Of a stretch of 64,000 bases of DNA, positions 15,928-22,677 are shown in pieces; the first letter of the stretch is position 1, and every line of letters starts with the position of its first letter. Made by a program: the position numbers and the translations under genes. Origin of the DNA: a virus (Duplodnaviria > Heunggongvirae > Uroviricota > Caudoviricetes); IMG/VR virus record IMGVR_UViG_3300022660_000062, positions 1-64,000 of that record. One strand, 5' to 3'. Below the pieces are notes generated by a model that worked only from the letters and a program-made list of their open reading frames with translations, did no database searches and was not told the origin of the DNA.

Positions 15928-17598
15928 ATGACCTGTATGAGCAAATTGTCTAATGCAGCAATGGAAATGCGTGAAGAGGCAACTCTGCGCAGAGACGAAA
16001 CCGTCGTCAATTTTATGGGTGGTGACTCTTATGTTATCAACCCTCTGGACACCTTGAAGATGATTACCGCGTCTTCTATTTATGGTGAGCCTTCCTATTA
16101 TCGGGATAGTGCTAGCGCAAAGAAGACTTGCGGTAAATACACTCTGGATAGTCGGTATGTTACTGACTCTGTTATTCCTTCCGAGTATGAAGGTAAGCAG
16201 ACCAATGTGGTTATGGAGGAGGCAATTGATGCCGCTCTGAACTACGATTTTGCAGGAACTTTGCAGTGGGCAATTGAATTGCGTAATGAGTTCAATATGC
16301 GCTTGAATCCTCAGGTAATCATGGTTCGGGCTGCCCTGCATCCGAAGCGTGCTGAGTTTACTGCAGCAAATCCTGGTGAGTTTGATAAGATCAATCAGCA
16401 GGTGATGTCTCGTGCCGATGAGCCGATGACTCAGATGGCTTACTACTTGTACAAGAACAAGGGCAAGAAGAACAACATTCCTTCTGTTATTAAGCGCTCT
16501 TGGGCAACTAAGCTGAGTAAGCTCGGCAGATATCCTGTTGCTAAGTACAAGAATCATGAAATCGGCATGATCAATGCGGTTCGTTTGTGTCATGCAAACT
16601 CAGCTGTCATTGATGAACTGATGACTTCTGGCACTGTTGAGGTGTCTGAAGATAAGAAGACTTGGGAGAATCTTCGCTCCGAAGGCAAGTCTTGGAAGGA
16701 AATTTTCCAGACTGTTGATATGGGTCACATGGCTCTACTTCGTAACCTGCGCGGTGTATTCAGCGAGGTAGACGATGTAGCATTCTGTAAGGAATATCTG
16801 GATAAGCTGAAGGCTGGTGTTCTTACCGGCAAACAGTTCCCGTTCCGTTACTATGCAGCAATGAATGCTGTTAACAGCAGTAGCAAGTGCAATCATCGTT
16901 CTATGATCATTGATGCTCTGGAGGAGTGCTTTGACATTGCTCTTGAGAACTATCCTAAGTTAAAGGGCAAGACGATGTGTCTGTCTGATAACTCCGGGTC
17001 TGCTTGGGGCACAATGAACTCTGAGTATGGCACTGTTACAATTGCAGAAATTGACAACTTGTCTTCCGTTATTACTGCAGCTTGCTCCGAAGATGGTTAT
17101 GTTGGTGAATTTGGTGACAGACTCATTGTTCATCCTGTTAGCAAGCGTCAGGGCGTCCTGAATCAAGCCAAGCAGATCTCTATGGATCGCGGTCGTAAGG
17201 TTGGTGGTTCCACCGAGGGTGGTATCTGGGAGTTCTTCTACAATGCTATCCAGAACAAGGAACATTGGGATAACATCTTCATCTACTCTGACCAGCAAGC
17301 AGGCCATGGTGGTTTGTATGGTACTTCCACTCAGTCTGCTAAGTACTCCAAGGCAGGATTCGGCTGCGGTAGTGCATGGGGTGGCAACTACATCAACGTG
17401 TATAAGTTGATCCTGGAGTACCGTAAGAAGGTTAATCCTCATGTTAACGTCTTCTCTATTCAGACTGCAGGTTATGATAACATTGTAATTCCTGAAATGG
17501 CTTATCGTACTGCTATTCAGTATGGTTGGACCGGCAAGGAAGCGGTGTTTGCCTCTGAATACATTCGTCAGTGGAATGACATTGAAAACCGTAACTAA
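15928..17598 (+). CDS. rsr: Ro60 (Rsr) homolog: TROVE domain + vWA domain with MIDAS motif
   Basis: N-terminal TROVE signature NFMGGDSYVINPLDTLKMITASSIYGEPSYY; C-terminal vWA with MIDAS-like DNSGSAWG; AAGGAG RBS. The minus-strand ORF 15910-16593 is an antisense artefact. Confidence 0.85.
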   Translation: MTCMSKLSNAAMEMREEATLRRDETVVNFMGGDSYVINPLDTLKMITASSIYGEPSYYRDSASAKKTCGKYTLDSRYVTDSVIPSEYEGKQTNVVMEEAIDAALNYDFAGTLQWAIELRNEFNMRLNPQVIMVRAALHPKRAEFTAANPGEFDKINQQVMSRADEPMTQMAYYLYKNKGKKNNIPSVIKRSWATKLSKLGRYPVAKYKNHEIGMINAVRLCHANSAVIDELMTSGTVEVSEDKKTWENLRSEGKSWKEIFQTVDMGHMALLRNLRGVFSEVDDVAFCKEYLDKLKAGVLTGKQFPFRYYAAMNAVNSSSKCNHRSMIIDALEECFDIALENYPKLKGKTMCLSDNSGSAWGTMNSEYGTVTIAEIDNLSSVITAACSEDGYVGEFGDRLIVHPVSKRQGVLNQAKQISMDRGRKVGGSTEGGIWEFFYNAIQNKEHWDNIFIYSDQQAGHGGLYGTSTQSAKYSKAGFGCGSAWGGNYINVYKLILEYRKKVNPHVNVFSIQTAGYDNIVIPEMAYRTAIQYGWTGKEAVFASEYIRQWNDIENRN

Positions 17599-17769
17599 CT
17601 AAAGTAGATGGCTGAAGCGGCCGTAACAGTTCCTTCAAAAATAACATCTTACATACTCTACAAATGTTTTCTTTTGAACTCTTTTATAACTTCACCTCCT
17701 GTTATAAATCCATTTTTTCAAACTGTTACATTTCATTCTCAGCCTTTACATAGATAAACTAGATACTAC

Positions 17770-18005
17770 GATTGTTGATGCAGTTGGTCCAGTTACTTCG
17801 GATAATAAATTTTACTGTCAAACAAAATTTTAGTTGGTTCAAATCCAACAACGTCTATTGCGGGCGTAAGTGCTTATGCTGGAACAGTATTTCTCAACAA
17901 TCTTTGAAAACATAGTTTGCTGATGCAGCTGAAAGAGTTACTTCAAATTTGACTGTTAATCAAAAACTTGAGACCACATATCTCTTTCCTTTATTCTCAG
18001 CTTCT
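17770..18005 (+). ncRNA. Structured RNA elements B and C sharing the GATGCAG-N6-(C/G)AGTTACTTC motif
   Basis: Motif copies at 17777-17801 and 17922-17948. Copy B is followed by a perfect T-arm-like hairpin GTTGG-TTCAAAT-CCAAC (17836-17852). Long-range complementarity between GCAGCTGA (17927-17934) and TCAGCTTC (17996-18003). No ORF. Confidence 0.3.
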
Positions 18006-18026
18006 ATATAACAATAAAATATCATT

Positions 18027-18175
18027 TGTGATGCAGTCGAATCAGTTACTTCTTGCTTAGGGAGCACGGGGTCGTGGGTTCGAGTCCCACCTGTTCGTTT
18101 AAGCAGCGACAGTAGCTCAGTCGGGAGAGCACGTACAATAGTATTCACTGGTTCATTTATTCTCACAAATTGTTA
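18027..18175 (+). ncRNA. Y-RNA-like candidate (copy D) with circularly permuted tRNA-like module immediately downstream of the Ro60 homolog
   Basis: Motif GATGCAGTCGAATCAGTTACTTC is followed by a T-arm GTGGG-TTCGAGT-CCCAC and an acceptor-like hairpin CTGT(T)CG-TTTAAGCAG-CGACAG. Then come TA and a canonical D-arm GCTCAGTCGGGAGAGC. Outer helices ATTTGTGA/TCACAAAT and GAATCAGT/ACTGGTTC enclose the module. Confidence 0.45.
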
Positions 18176-18279
18176 TTGTATAATATATCATATGTTTCGA
18201 TGCGGTAGTTCGAGATACTTCAACATTGTTTTTCTGGATGTACTTAAGACCTTGAACAATTGTTCTCGAAACATCTTAT

Positions 18280-18357
18280 GGGCCCGTAGCTCAGTTTTGG
18301 GAGAGCATCTGATTTGCACTCAGAAGGTCAGGAGTTCGAGCCTCCTCGGGTCCACCA
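18280..18357 (+). tRNA. tRNA-Ala (anticodon TGC)
   Basis: Acceptor GGGCCCG/CGGGTCC with the G3:U70 Ala identity pair, anticodon loop TTTGCAC, T-arm AGGAG-TTCGAGC-CTCCT, discriminator A, CCA encoded. Preceded by a long imperfect hairpin (18196-18278) that carries a fifth motif variant, GATGCGGTAGTTCGAGATACTTC. Confidence 0.9.
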
Positions 18358-18656
18358 GCTTACTCGAGTAAGACGCTTGTCAGTCAAGTGGTGGAACATC
18401 TGATGGTTGACGCTGTAAAAGTTAAATGCGTTCGAGTGCGGAGCGAAGGTTGGTCGCCGCATAAACATAAATTGTATATAAAGATATAAGATATTATGAA
18501 AGGGTTATGCGCCATGTTTGAACTTAGATTTGAACTCAATATGGATAATGGTGGATACCCTCATTATGATATTTTTAACAATCGTTGTGAAAGAATAACA
18601 TCACATGTATTGCGAATAACTTGAATGTACAGTATATATAACTGATCAGCATTGAG

Positions 18657-18688
18657 TGTTCGCAAGAATATTCAATGCTTTTATTTTT
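18657..18688 (+). terminator. Rho-independent terminator
   Basis: CAGCATTGAGTGTTCGCAAGAATATTCAATGCT followed by TTTATTTTT. Confidence 0.55.
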
Positions 18689-18741
18689 AGTTGATAATTC
18701 CTTGTGCATATTATAACATATGTATATAGAATAATAGATAT

Positions 18742-18817
18742 TCCCCTATAGCTCAGTTGGTAGAGCGGCGGACTGTTAATCCGTGTGTCGCAGGTTCGAG
18801 CCCTGCTGGGGGAGCCA
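18742..18817 (+). tRNA. tRNA-Asn (anticodon GTT)
   Basis: Acceptor TCCCCTA/TGGGGGA, D-arm GCTCAGTTGGTAGAGC, anticodon stem GCGGA/TCCGT with loop CTGTTAA, T-arm GCAGG-TTCGAGC-CCTGC, CCA encoded. Confidence 0.85.
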
Positions 18818-18926
18818 TAAATCACGGTTTAGTTTAAGTGTAAAACATCCGAATCCCAGGAACAAGACCACATTTAATTATGTGAAGATATGTAAGGTCA
18901 AGACTTACAGCCGTGTCCAAAAATAA

Positions 18927-19013
18927 GGGTCGGTAGAGCGTAGTTGGTACCGCACCGGACTGTAAATCCGGTCCTTATTGGCAGCGCTGGTTCGAGTCCA
19001 GCCCGGCCCACCA
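18927..19013 (+). tRNA. tRNA-Tyr (anticodon GTA)
   Basis: Acceptor GGGTCGG/CCGGCCC, anticodon stem CCGGA/TCCGG with loop CTGTAAA, about 14-nt variable region, T-arm GCTGG-TTCGAGT-CCAGC, discriminator A, CCA encoded. Confidence 0.8.
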
Positions 19014-19155
19014 ATGCTTACTTTGATGAAGATGAATGTAGTCAAGTAGAAAACTTATGCCTAAGTGTACAGTTGATCATCCGGCTGTGCAGGGACAGGA
19101 TAAAACGTCGGGGAAGTTTAGATTAGTGTCACCTGTCATCCTACTTAATATATTT

Positions 19156-19233
19156 CCGGGTGTAGCTCAGTTTGGCTAGAGCGCGTGATTTGGGATCACG
19201 AGGCCGCGAGTTCGAGTCTCGCCACTCGGACCA
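19156..19233 (+). tRNA. tRNA-Pro (anticodon TGG)
   Basis: Acceptor CCGGGTG/CACTCGG, D-arm GCTCAGTTTGGCTAGAGC, anticodon stem CGTGA/TCACG with loop TTTGGGA, T-arm GCGAG-TTCGAGT-CTCGC, CCA encoded. Confidence 0.85.
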
Positions 19234-19236
19234 CAT

Positions 19237-19311
19237 GTCGTCATCATACAGCGGTTAGTATGCCAGACTGTCTCTCTGGTCACAGGGGTTCGAGTCCCCT
19301 TGACGGCGCCA
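19237..19311 (+). tRNA. tRNA-Asp (anticodon GTC)
   Basis: Acceptor GTCGTCA/TGACGGC, D-stem ATAC/GTAT, anticodon stem CCAGA/TCTGG with loop CTGTCTC, T-arm AGGGG-TTCGAGT-CCCCT, discriminator G, CCA encoded. Confidence 0.85.
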
Positions 19312-19689
19312 TTCTTTCATTATTGAGGAAACATTATGGCACTTGGTTTTAGTGATTTACTTGAGTCTATTGAAGATGCATCTGAAAGTTATGATTCTGG
19401 CTGTTCTCTTTTAGCAACTTCAGATGATCTTGAATATACAAATTCGACAAGTGACAAACATGATTCTTCTTGCTCTTTATTAAATCCAACAGATTGAGGT
19501 AACTAAGAGATGACTCAGTTTCAATTTGATATGATCTGTAAGATTATTCAGAATGGTGCTCCTGTTCTTGCAAATGAACTTTGTGGTGCATTGAATGATC
19601 TTGTTGTTGATTATAACAAACTAGTTGAGCGAATACAGAGTATTCAGGAAACAGATGTTGAATCTAAGGATGAAAATCCTTCCTGATAT

Positions 19690-19784
19690 GCTCCCGTAGC
19701 TCAATTGGTAGAGCGGCGGATTTATACTCCGTTTAGCACCAGATTAGTGCAAGGTTCTCGGTTCGAGTCCGAGTGGGAGTACCA
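19690..19784 (+). tRNA. tRNA with anticodon TAT (AUA-decoding, Ile-like) carrying a ~19-nt hairpin insertion between anticodon stem and variable loop
   Basis: Type-I body: acceptor GCTCCCG/TGGGAGT (GU pairs at both ends), D-arm GCTCAATTGGTAGAGC, anticodon stem GCGGA/TCCGT with loop TTTATAC. An extra TTAGCACCAGATTAGTGCA sits before AGGTT. T-arm CTCGG-TTCGAGT-CCGAG, CCA encoded. Confidence 0.5.
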
Positions 19785-19804
19785 CTCAATCTGATAACTA
19801 GGAG

Positions 19805-20089
19805 TTGATTTACTTGAGTTCTGAAAAGAAGTGCTCTGGAGTACAGCGCATAACATATGAGGAGTTTGATAAACTACATACAAAGCAGCTGATAGCTATG
19901 CGACATACGGTAACTGATCCTTATTTCTGTGATTATATTTGTCCTGGCTGTTGTGCAAGGTATGAATGTGAAGCAGCTCGAGAACATAATTATAAAACTC
20001 TTAGAGAGGTTCTTGCTACAAGACCTCATGTGCTTAACAAACAAGAAAGTAAAGCACTTCGTAAACAGCGCAAGAAACAAGGTAAATAA
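19805..20089 (+). CDS. Hypothetical Cys-rich protein (TTG start)
   Basis: ORF with CTAGGAG RBS; CDYICPGCCARYEC motif. Confidence 0.5.
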   Translation: MIYLSSEKKCSGVQRITYEEFDKLHTKQLIAMRHTVTDPYFCDYICPGCCARYECEAAREHNYKTLREVLATRPHVLNKQESKALRKQRKKQGK

Positions 20090-20209
20090 GTTGATACGGG
20101 CAGTTAAGTATGTTTACGATATAGCTTGTTTAGCTCATGACTGTACTAGCGTATGTGTAAAAACTTAGTCGGTGCGCAACGATGTTCTTCGGACGCTGTC
20201 CTTTGATTT

Positions 20210-20284
20210 GCCTCAGTCGCCAAGCGGTAAGGCACGGTCTTCATACGGCCGCTATCGTAAGTTCAAATCTTACCTGAGGCACCA
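20210..20284 (+). tRNA. tRNA with anticodon CAT (Met/Ile2 type), 3-bp D-stem
   Basis: Acceptor GCCTCAG/CTGAGGC, D-arm GCCAAGCGGTAAGGC, anticodon stem CGGTC/GGCCG with loop TTCATAC, T-arm GTAAG-TTCAAAT-CTTAC, CCA encoded. Confidence 0.8.
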
Positions 20285-20298
20285 AGAGGAGATAACTA

Positions 20299-20559
20299 AT
20301 GGTTGGTCAGAATTATACTTTTACAATGACTCCTGAAGAATACCATCTATATGAACAATGGTGCAAAGAAAATCATCTGGATGAATATTCAGGGGCAGCT
20401 GGTGGTAATGTGGGGTTTGAAATTATTCCTACATCACTTGGAGAAATTGTAACAGTTTTTGCTCATATTGTTGTTCGTGATGAACTTGGTGAAGTCAGTC
20501 ATGATAAGAATGGCGTTCCTAAGAGAAAGCGGATTGAATATGTGCTTCGTGATATCTAA
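20299..20559 (+). CDS. Hypothetical small protein
   Basis: ORF with AAGAGGAG RBS. Confidence 0.5.
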   Translation: MVGQNYTFTMTPEEYHLYEQWCKENHLDEYSGAAGGNVGFEIIPTSLGEIVTVFAHIVVRDELGEVSHDKNGVPKRKRIEYVLRDI

Positions 20560-20572
20560 TATGCTTCCGTAG

Positions 20573-20639
20573 CTCAGTTGGCTAGAGCACCTGACTCTTA
20601 ATCAGGGTGTCCTCGGTTCGAACCCGAGCGGGAGTACCA
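20573..20639 (+). tRNA. tRNA-Lys (anticodon CTT)
   Basis: Acceptor GCTTCCG/CGGGAGT, D-arm GCTCAGTTGGCTAGAGC, anticodon stem CCTGA/TCAGG with loop CTCTTAA, T-arm CTCGG-TTCGAAC-CCGAG, CCA encoded. Confidence 0.85.
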
Positions 20640-20645
20640 ATACAT

Positions 20646-20724
20646 ACATCCGTAGCTCAGTAGGAATTAGAGCGCTTGACTACGAATCAAGAGGTCGTGG
20701 GTTCGAGTCCAGCCGAGGACACCA
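20646..20724 (+). tRNA. tRNA-Arg (anticodon ACG)-like gene with non-complementary acceptor stem (probable pseudogene or chimeric 3' end)
   Basis: All arms have canonical lengths. The 5' acceptor ACATCCG resembles E. coli tRNA-Arg GCATCCG, with D-arm GCTCAGTAGGAATTAGAGC and anticodon stem CTTGA/TCAAG around loop CTACGAA. The 3' acceptor CGAGGAC cannot pair with the 5' strand, and the T-stem GTGGG/CCAGC has one mismatch. Confidence 0.5.
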
Positions 20725-20761
20725 AAACTTGTATATGATTTCATATAGAATTATATAGAGG

Positions 20762-21139
20762 TTGAATATGAAATTCAAACGTGTAAATGATATTGATGAG
20801 CGATTTACTAACGAGTATAGTAAAAAGGATCATCACTCTCGACATGTTGTTAAGAATCGAGAATATCCACCCATAACAGAAACAGAGTATGAAGCAATTG
20901 CGGACAAGCTTGCTCTCACACCTGTAGATCACAGAACTATCTTCGGTTATCAAACAACTGCTCCTGAAGGTGACTCAAGAGTTCGGTATGCAAAGTATAA
21001 CAAGGAAACCGGTGATTTTGTTGTATACGGATACAAAGGCTCGGAGCCAATGATTATATCTTTACACAAGAAAACATGGCGCCAATTCAATACTGATATG
21101 ACTGTTAAATATCAGGATGAAATTCCTGCAGGAAAATAA
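20762..21139 (+). CDS. Hypothetical protein
   Basis: ORF with AGAGGT RBS. Confidence 0.55.
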   Translation: MNMKFKRVNDIDERFTNEYSKKDHHSRHVVKNREYPPITETEYEAIADKLALTPVDHRTIFGYQTTAPEGDSRVRYAKYNKETGDFVVYGYKGSEPMIISLHKKTWRQFNTDMTVKYQDEIPAGK

Positions 21140-21199
21140 GTTGAATTATTTCCATACATATATTATAATTGTAGTATAATAATTGTGGAGGGAATAGTT

Positions 21200-21415
21200 A
21201 TGAAGAGAATCAACGAAGTTCTTGCTCAGGATATCATAGATGAACAGATTGCCTCAGGATATCAGTTGACAGTGTGTCCTGTTTGTGGTAATGAGACTTT
21301 TGATGATTATTCCATCTGCCCGCACTGTGGTTGGGAACAGGACGGAACAGTTGATCTAGATCAGTATTCTTCTGCAAATGGTTCCTCCATTCATGAATAT
21401 AGAAAATCCTTGTAA
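21200..21415 (+). CDS. Hypothetical zinc-ribbon protein (CPVCG...CPHCG)
   Basis: GGAGGGA RBS before the ATG at 21200. Confidence 0.5.
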   Translation: MKRINEVLAQDIIDEQIASGYQLTVCPVCGNETFDDYSICPHCGWEQDGTVDLDQYSSANGSSIHEYRKSL

Positions 21416-21463
21416 ATTTACACGATTTCAATGATTTTCCTTGTATACATTATATGTAAATAT

Positions 21464-21541
21464 TGCAGAGTAGAGAAGTGGCCTATCTCGCAAGCCTCAT
21501 AAGCTTGAGACCGTTGGTTCGAATCCAACCTCTTGCAACCA
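21464..21541 (+). tRNA. Third CAT-anticodon tRNA (irregular acceptor; candidate initiator/Met/Ile2 member)
   Basis: Acceptor TGCAGAG/TCTTGCA (one A-C mismatch, extra C after the T-stem), D-stem GAGA/TCTC, anticodon stem CAAGC/GCTTG with loop CTCATAA, T-arm GTTGG-TTCGAAT-CCAAC, CCA encoded. Confidence 0.55.
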
Positions 21542-21800
21542 TAAATCAGATGCTATTTGGTAGTAAAAGTACGATGCCGAAAGGTAAGAAAATAGCTATG
21601 TCCATTTCTTGCGACCTTTTAATGGTGAAGATATAGTGGTCTTCACGAATGGATGTCCTGCTTGGAGAATCGGGAGTGCAGGAGTAGCATCATAAGACCA
21701 CATCGGGAAGTATCCTCACGCTATATCACAAGACGGTATGGGATGACTTAATAGAAAGTAGAGGCTAGTGGTGTCTTTGTGTTTCGCTTCCCGCTCATTT

Positions 21801-21836
21801 GCCGGTATAGCTCAGTTGGTAGAGCAGCTGATTTGA
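21801..21836 (+). pseudogene. tRNA 5' fragment (acceptor, D-arm, 5' anticodon stem) truncated at insertion point of homing-endonuclease gene
   Basis: GCCGGTA-TA-GCTCAGTTGGTAGAGC-A-GCTGATTTG runs directly into ATTGTATATAAATATGC (junction-like motif) and then the ORF at 21881. No matching 3' half (TACCGGC) is found downstream. Confidence 0.6.
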
Positions 21837-21880
21837 TTATTGTATATAAATATGCATAAGTAATAATGGAGCATATTTAT

Positions 21881-22564
21881 ATGAGCGAAGAAACTAAGTT
21901 TCAGTGTGAATACTGTAATAAAATATGCAAAAATGCTAATAGTTTAGCACAGCATCAGATAAGATGTTCTTCAAATCCAAATAGAATTCACTCTTCCTTT
22001 GTTGCTGGTTTTAATACAAAAGGAAGACAAGCTTGGAATACTGGGCGTACAAAAGAAACAGATGAGCGTGTGGCAAAACAAGCGGAACAACAACGCAAGT
22101 TTTATGAAACACATCCTGGAACATTTACAGGAAAGACTCATACTGAAACATATAAGTTAATGATGAGTGAACTTGCTCATGAACGAGGCCTTGGTGGGTT
22201 CAATATGAGAAGCAAGGGCATTCATTATCATGGATCAAAATTAGATTCAACTTATGAGCTAGCTGTTGCTCAGTCTCTTGATGAAAACAGTATTGTTTGG
22301 GAGAGACCAAAATCATTTACATATGTTGGATTTGATAACAAACAACATAGATATGTCCCTGATTTCTATCTTCCAGATTATGACATTTATCTTGATCCGA
22401 AAAATGATTTTCTAATCAACAATGTTAATCCTGGTCTTGGTTACAATGACTGTGACAAGATTAAACTTGTTGAACATCAGTTGGGAATTAGAGTCTTAAT
22501 TCTTGATTCAGAGCATCTTACATGGGACAAGATAAAATCTAAGATTGATGCCGAAGTCCCATAG
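21881..22564 (+). CDS. Homing-endonuclease-like protein (C2HC zinc finger + NUMOD3-like + PD-(D/E)XK-like domain)
   Basis: Motifs CEYCNKICKNANSLAQHQIRC, FTGKTHTETYKLMMSELAHERGLGG, and STYELAVAQSL...YVPDFYLPDYDIYLDPKNDF. GGAG RBS before the ATG at 21881. The 3' end (stop at 22562-22564) overlaps the first 15 nt of the tRNA at 22550. Confidence 0.7.
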   Translation: MSEETKFQCEYCNKICKNANSLAQHQIRCSSNPNRIHSSFVAGFNTKGRQAWNTGRTKETDERVAKQAEQQRKFYETHPGTFTGKTHTETYKLMMSELAHERGLGGFNMRSKGIHYHGSKLDSTYELAVAQSLDENSIVWERPKSFTYVGFDNKQHRYVPDFYLPDYDIYLDPKNDFLINNVNPGLGYNDCDKIKLVEHQLGIRVLILDSEHLTWDKIKSKIDAEVP

Positions 22565-22635
22565 CGGCCGATTGGACCGGATTTGTAACCCGGTGGCTCC
22601 TGCCCGCGTCGGTTCGAATCCGACCTTCGGCTCCA
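22550..22635 (+). tRNA. tRNA-like gene with long variable region; anticodon loop TTTGTAA (TGT?), identity uncertain
   Basis: Perfect acceptor GCCGAAG/CTTCGGC, 3-bp D-stem CCA/TGG, anticodon stem CCGGA/CCCGG with a terminal A-C mismatch, 14-nt variable region, T-arm GTCGG-TTCGAAT-CCGAC, discriminator T, CCA encoded. Confidence 0.5.
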
Positions 22636-22648
22636 TAAAAATTGAATC

Positions 22649-22676
22649 TTGACAAGTGCATAGTAAAATATATAAT
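22649..22676 (+). promoter_or_regulatory. Strong consensus sigma-A promoter (TTGACA-16-TATAAT) driving a noncoding region
   Basis: CTTGACAAGTGCATAGTAAAATATATAATC. Confidence 0.6.
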
Positions 22677-22677
22677 C

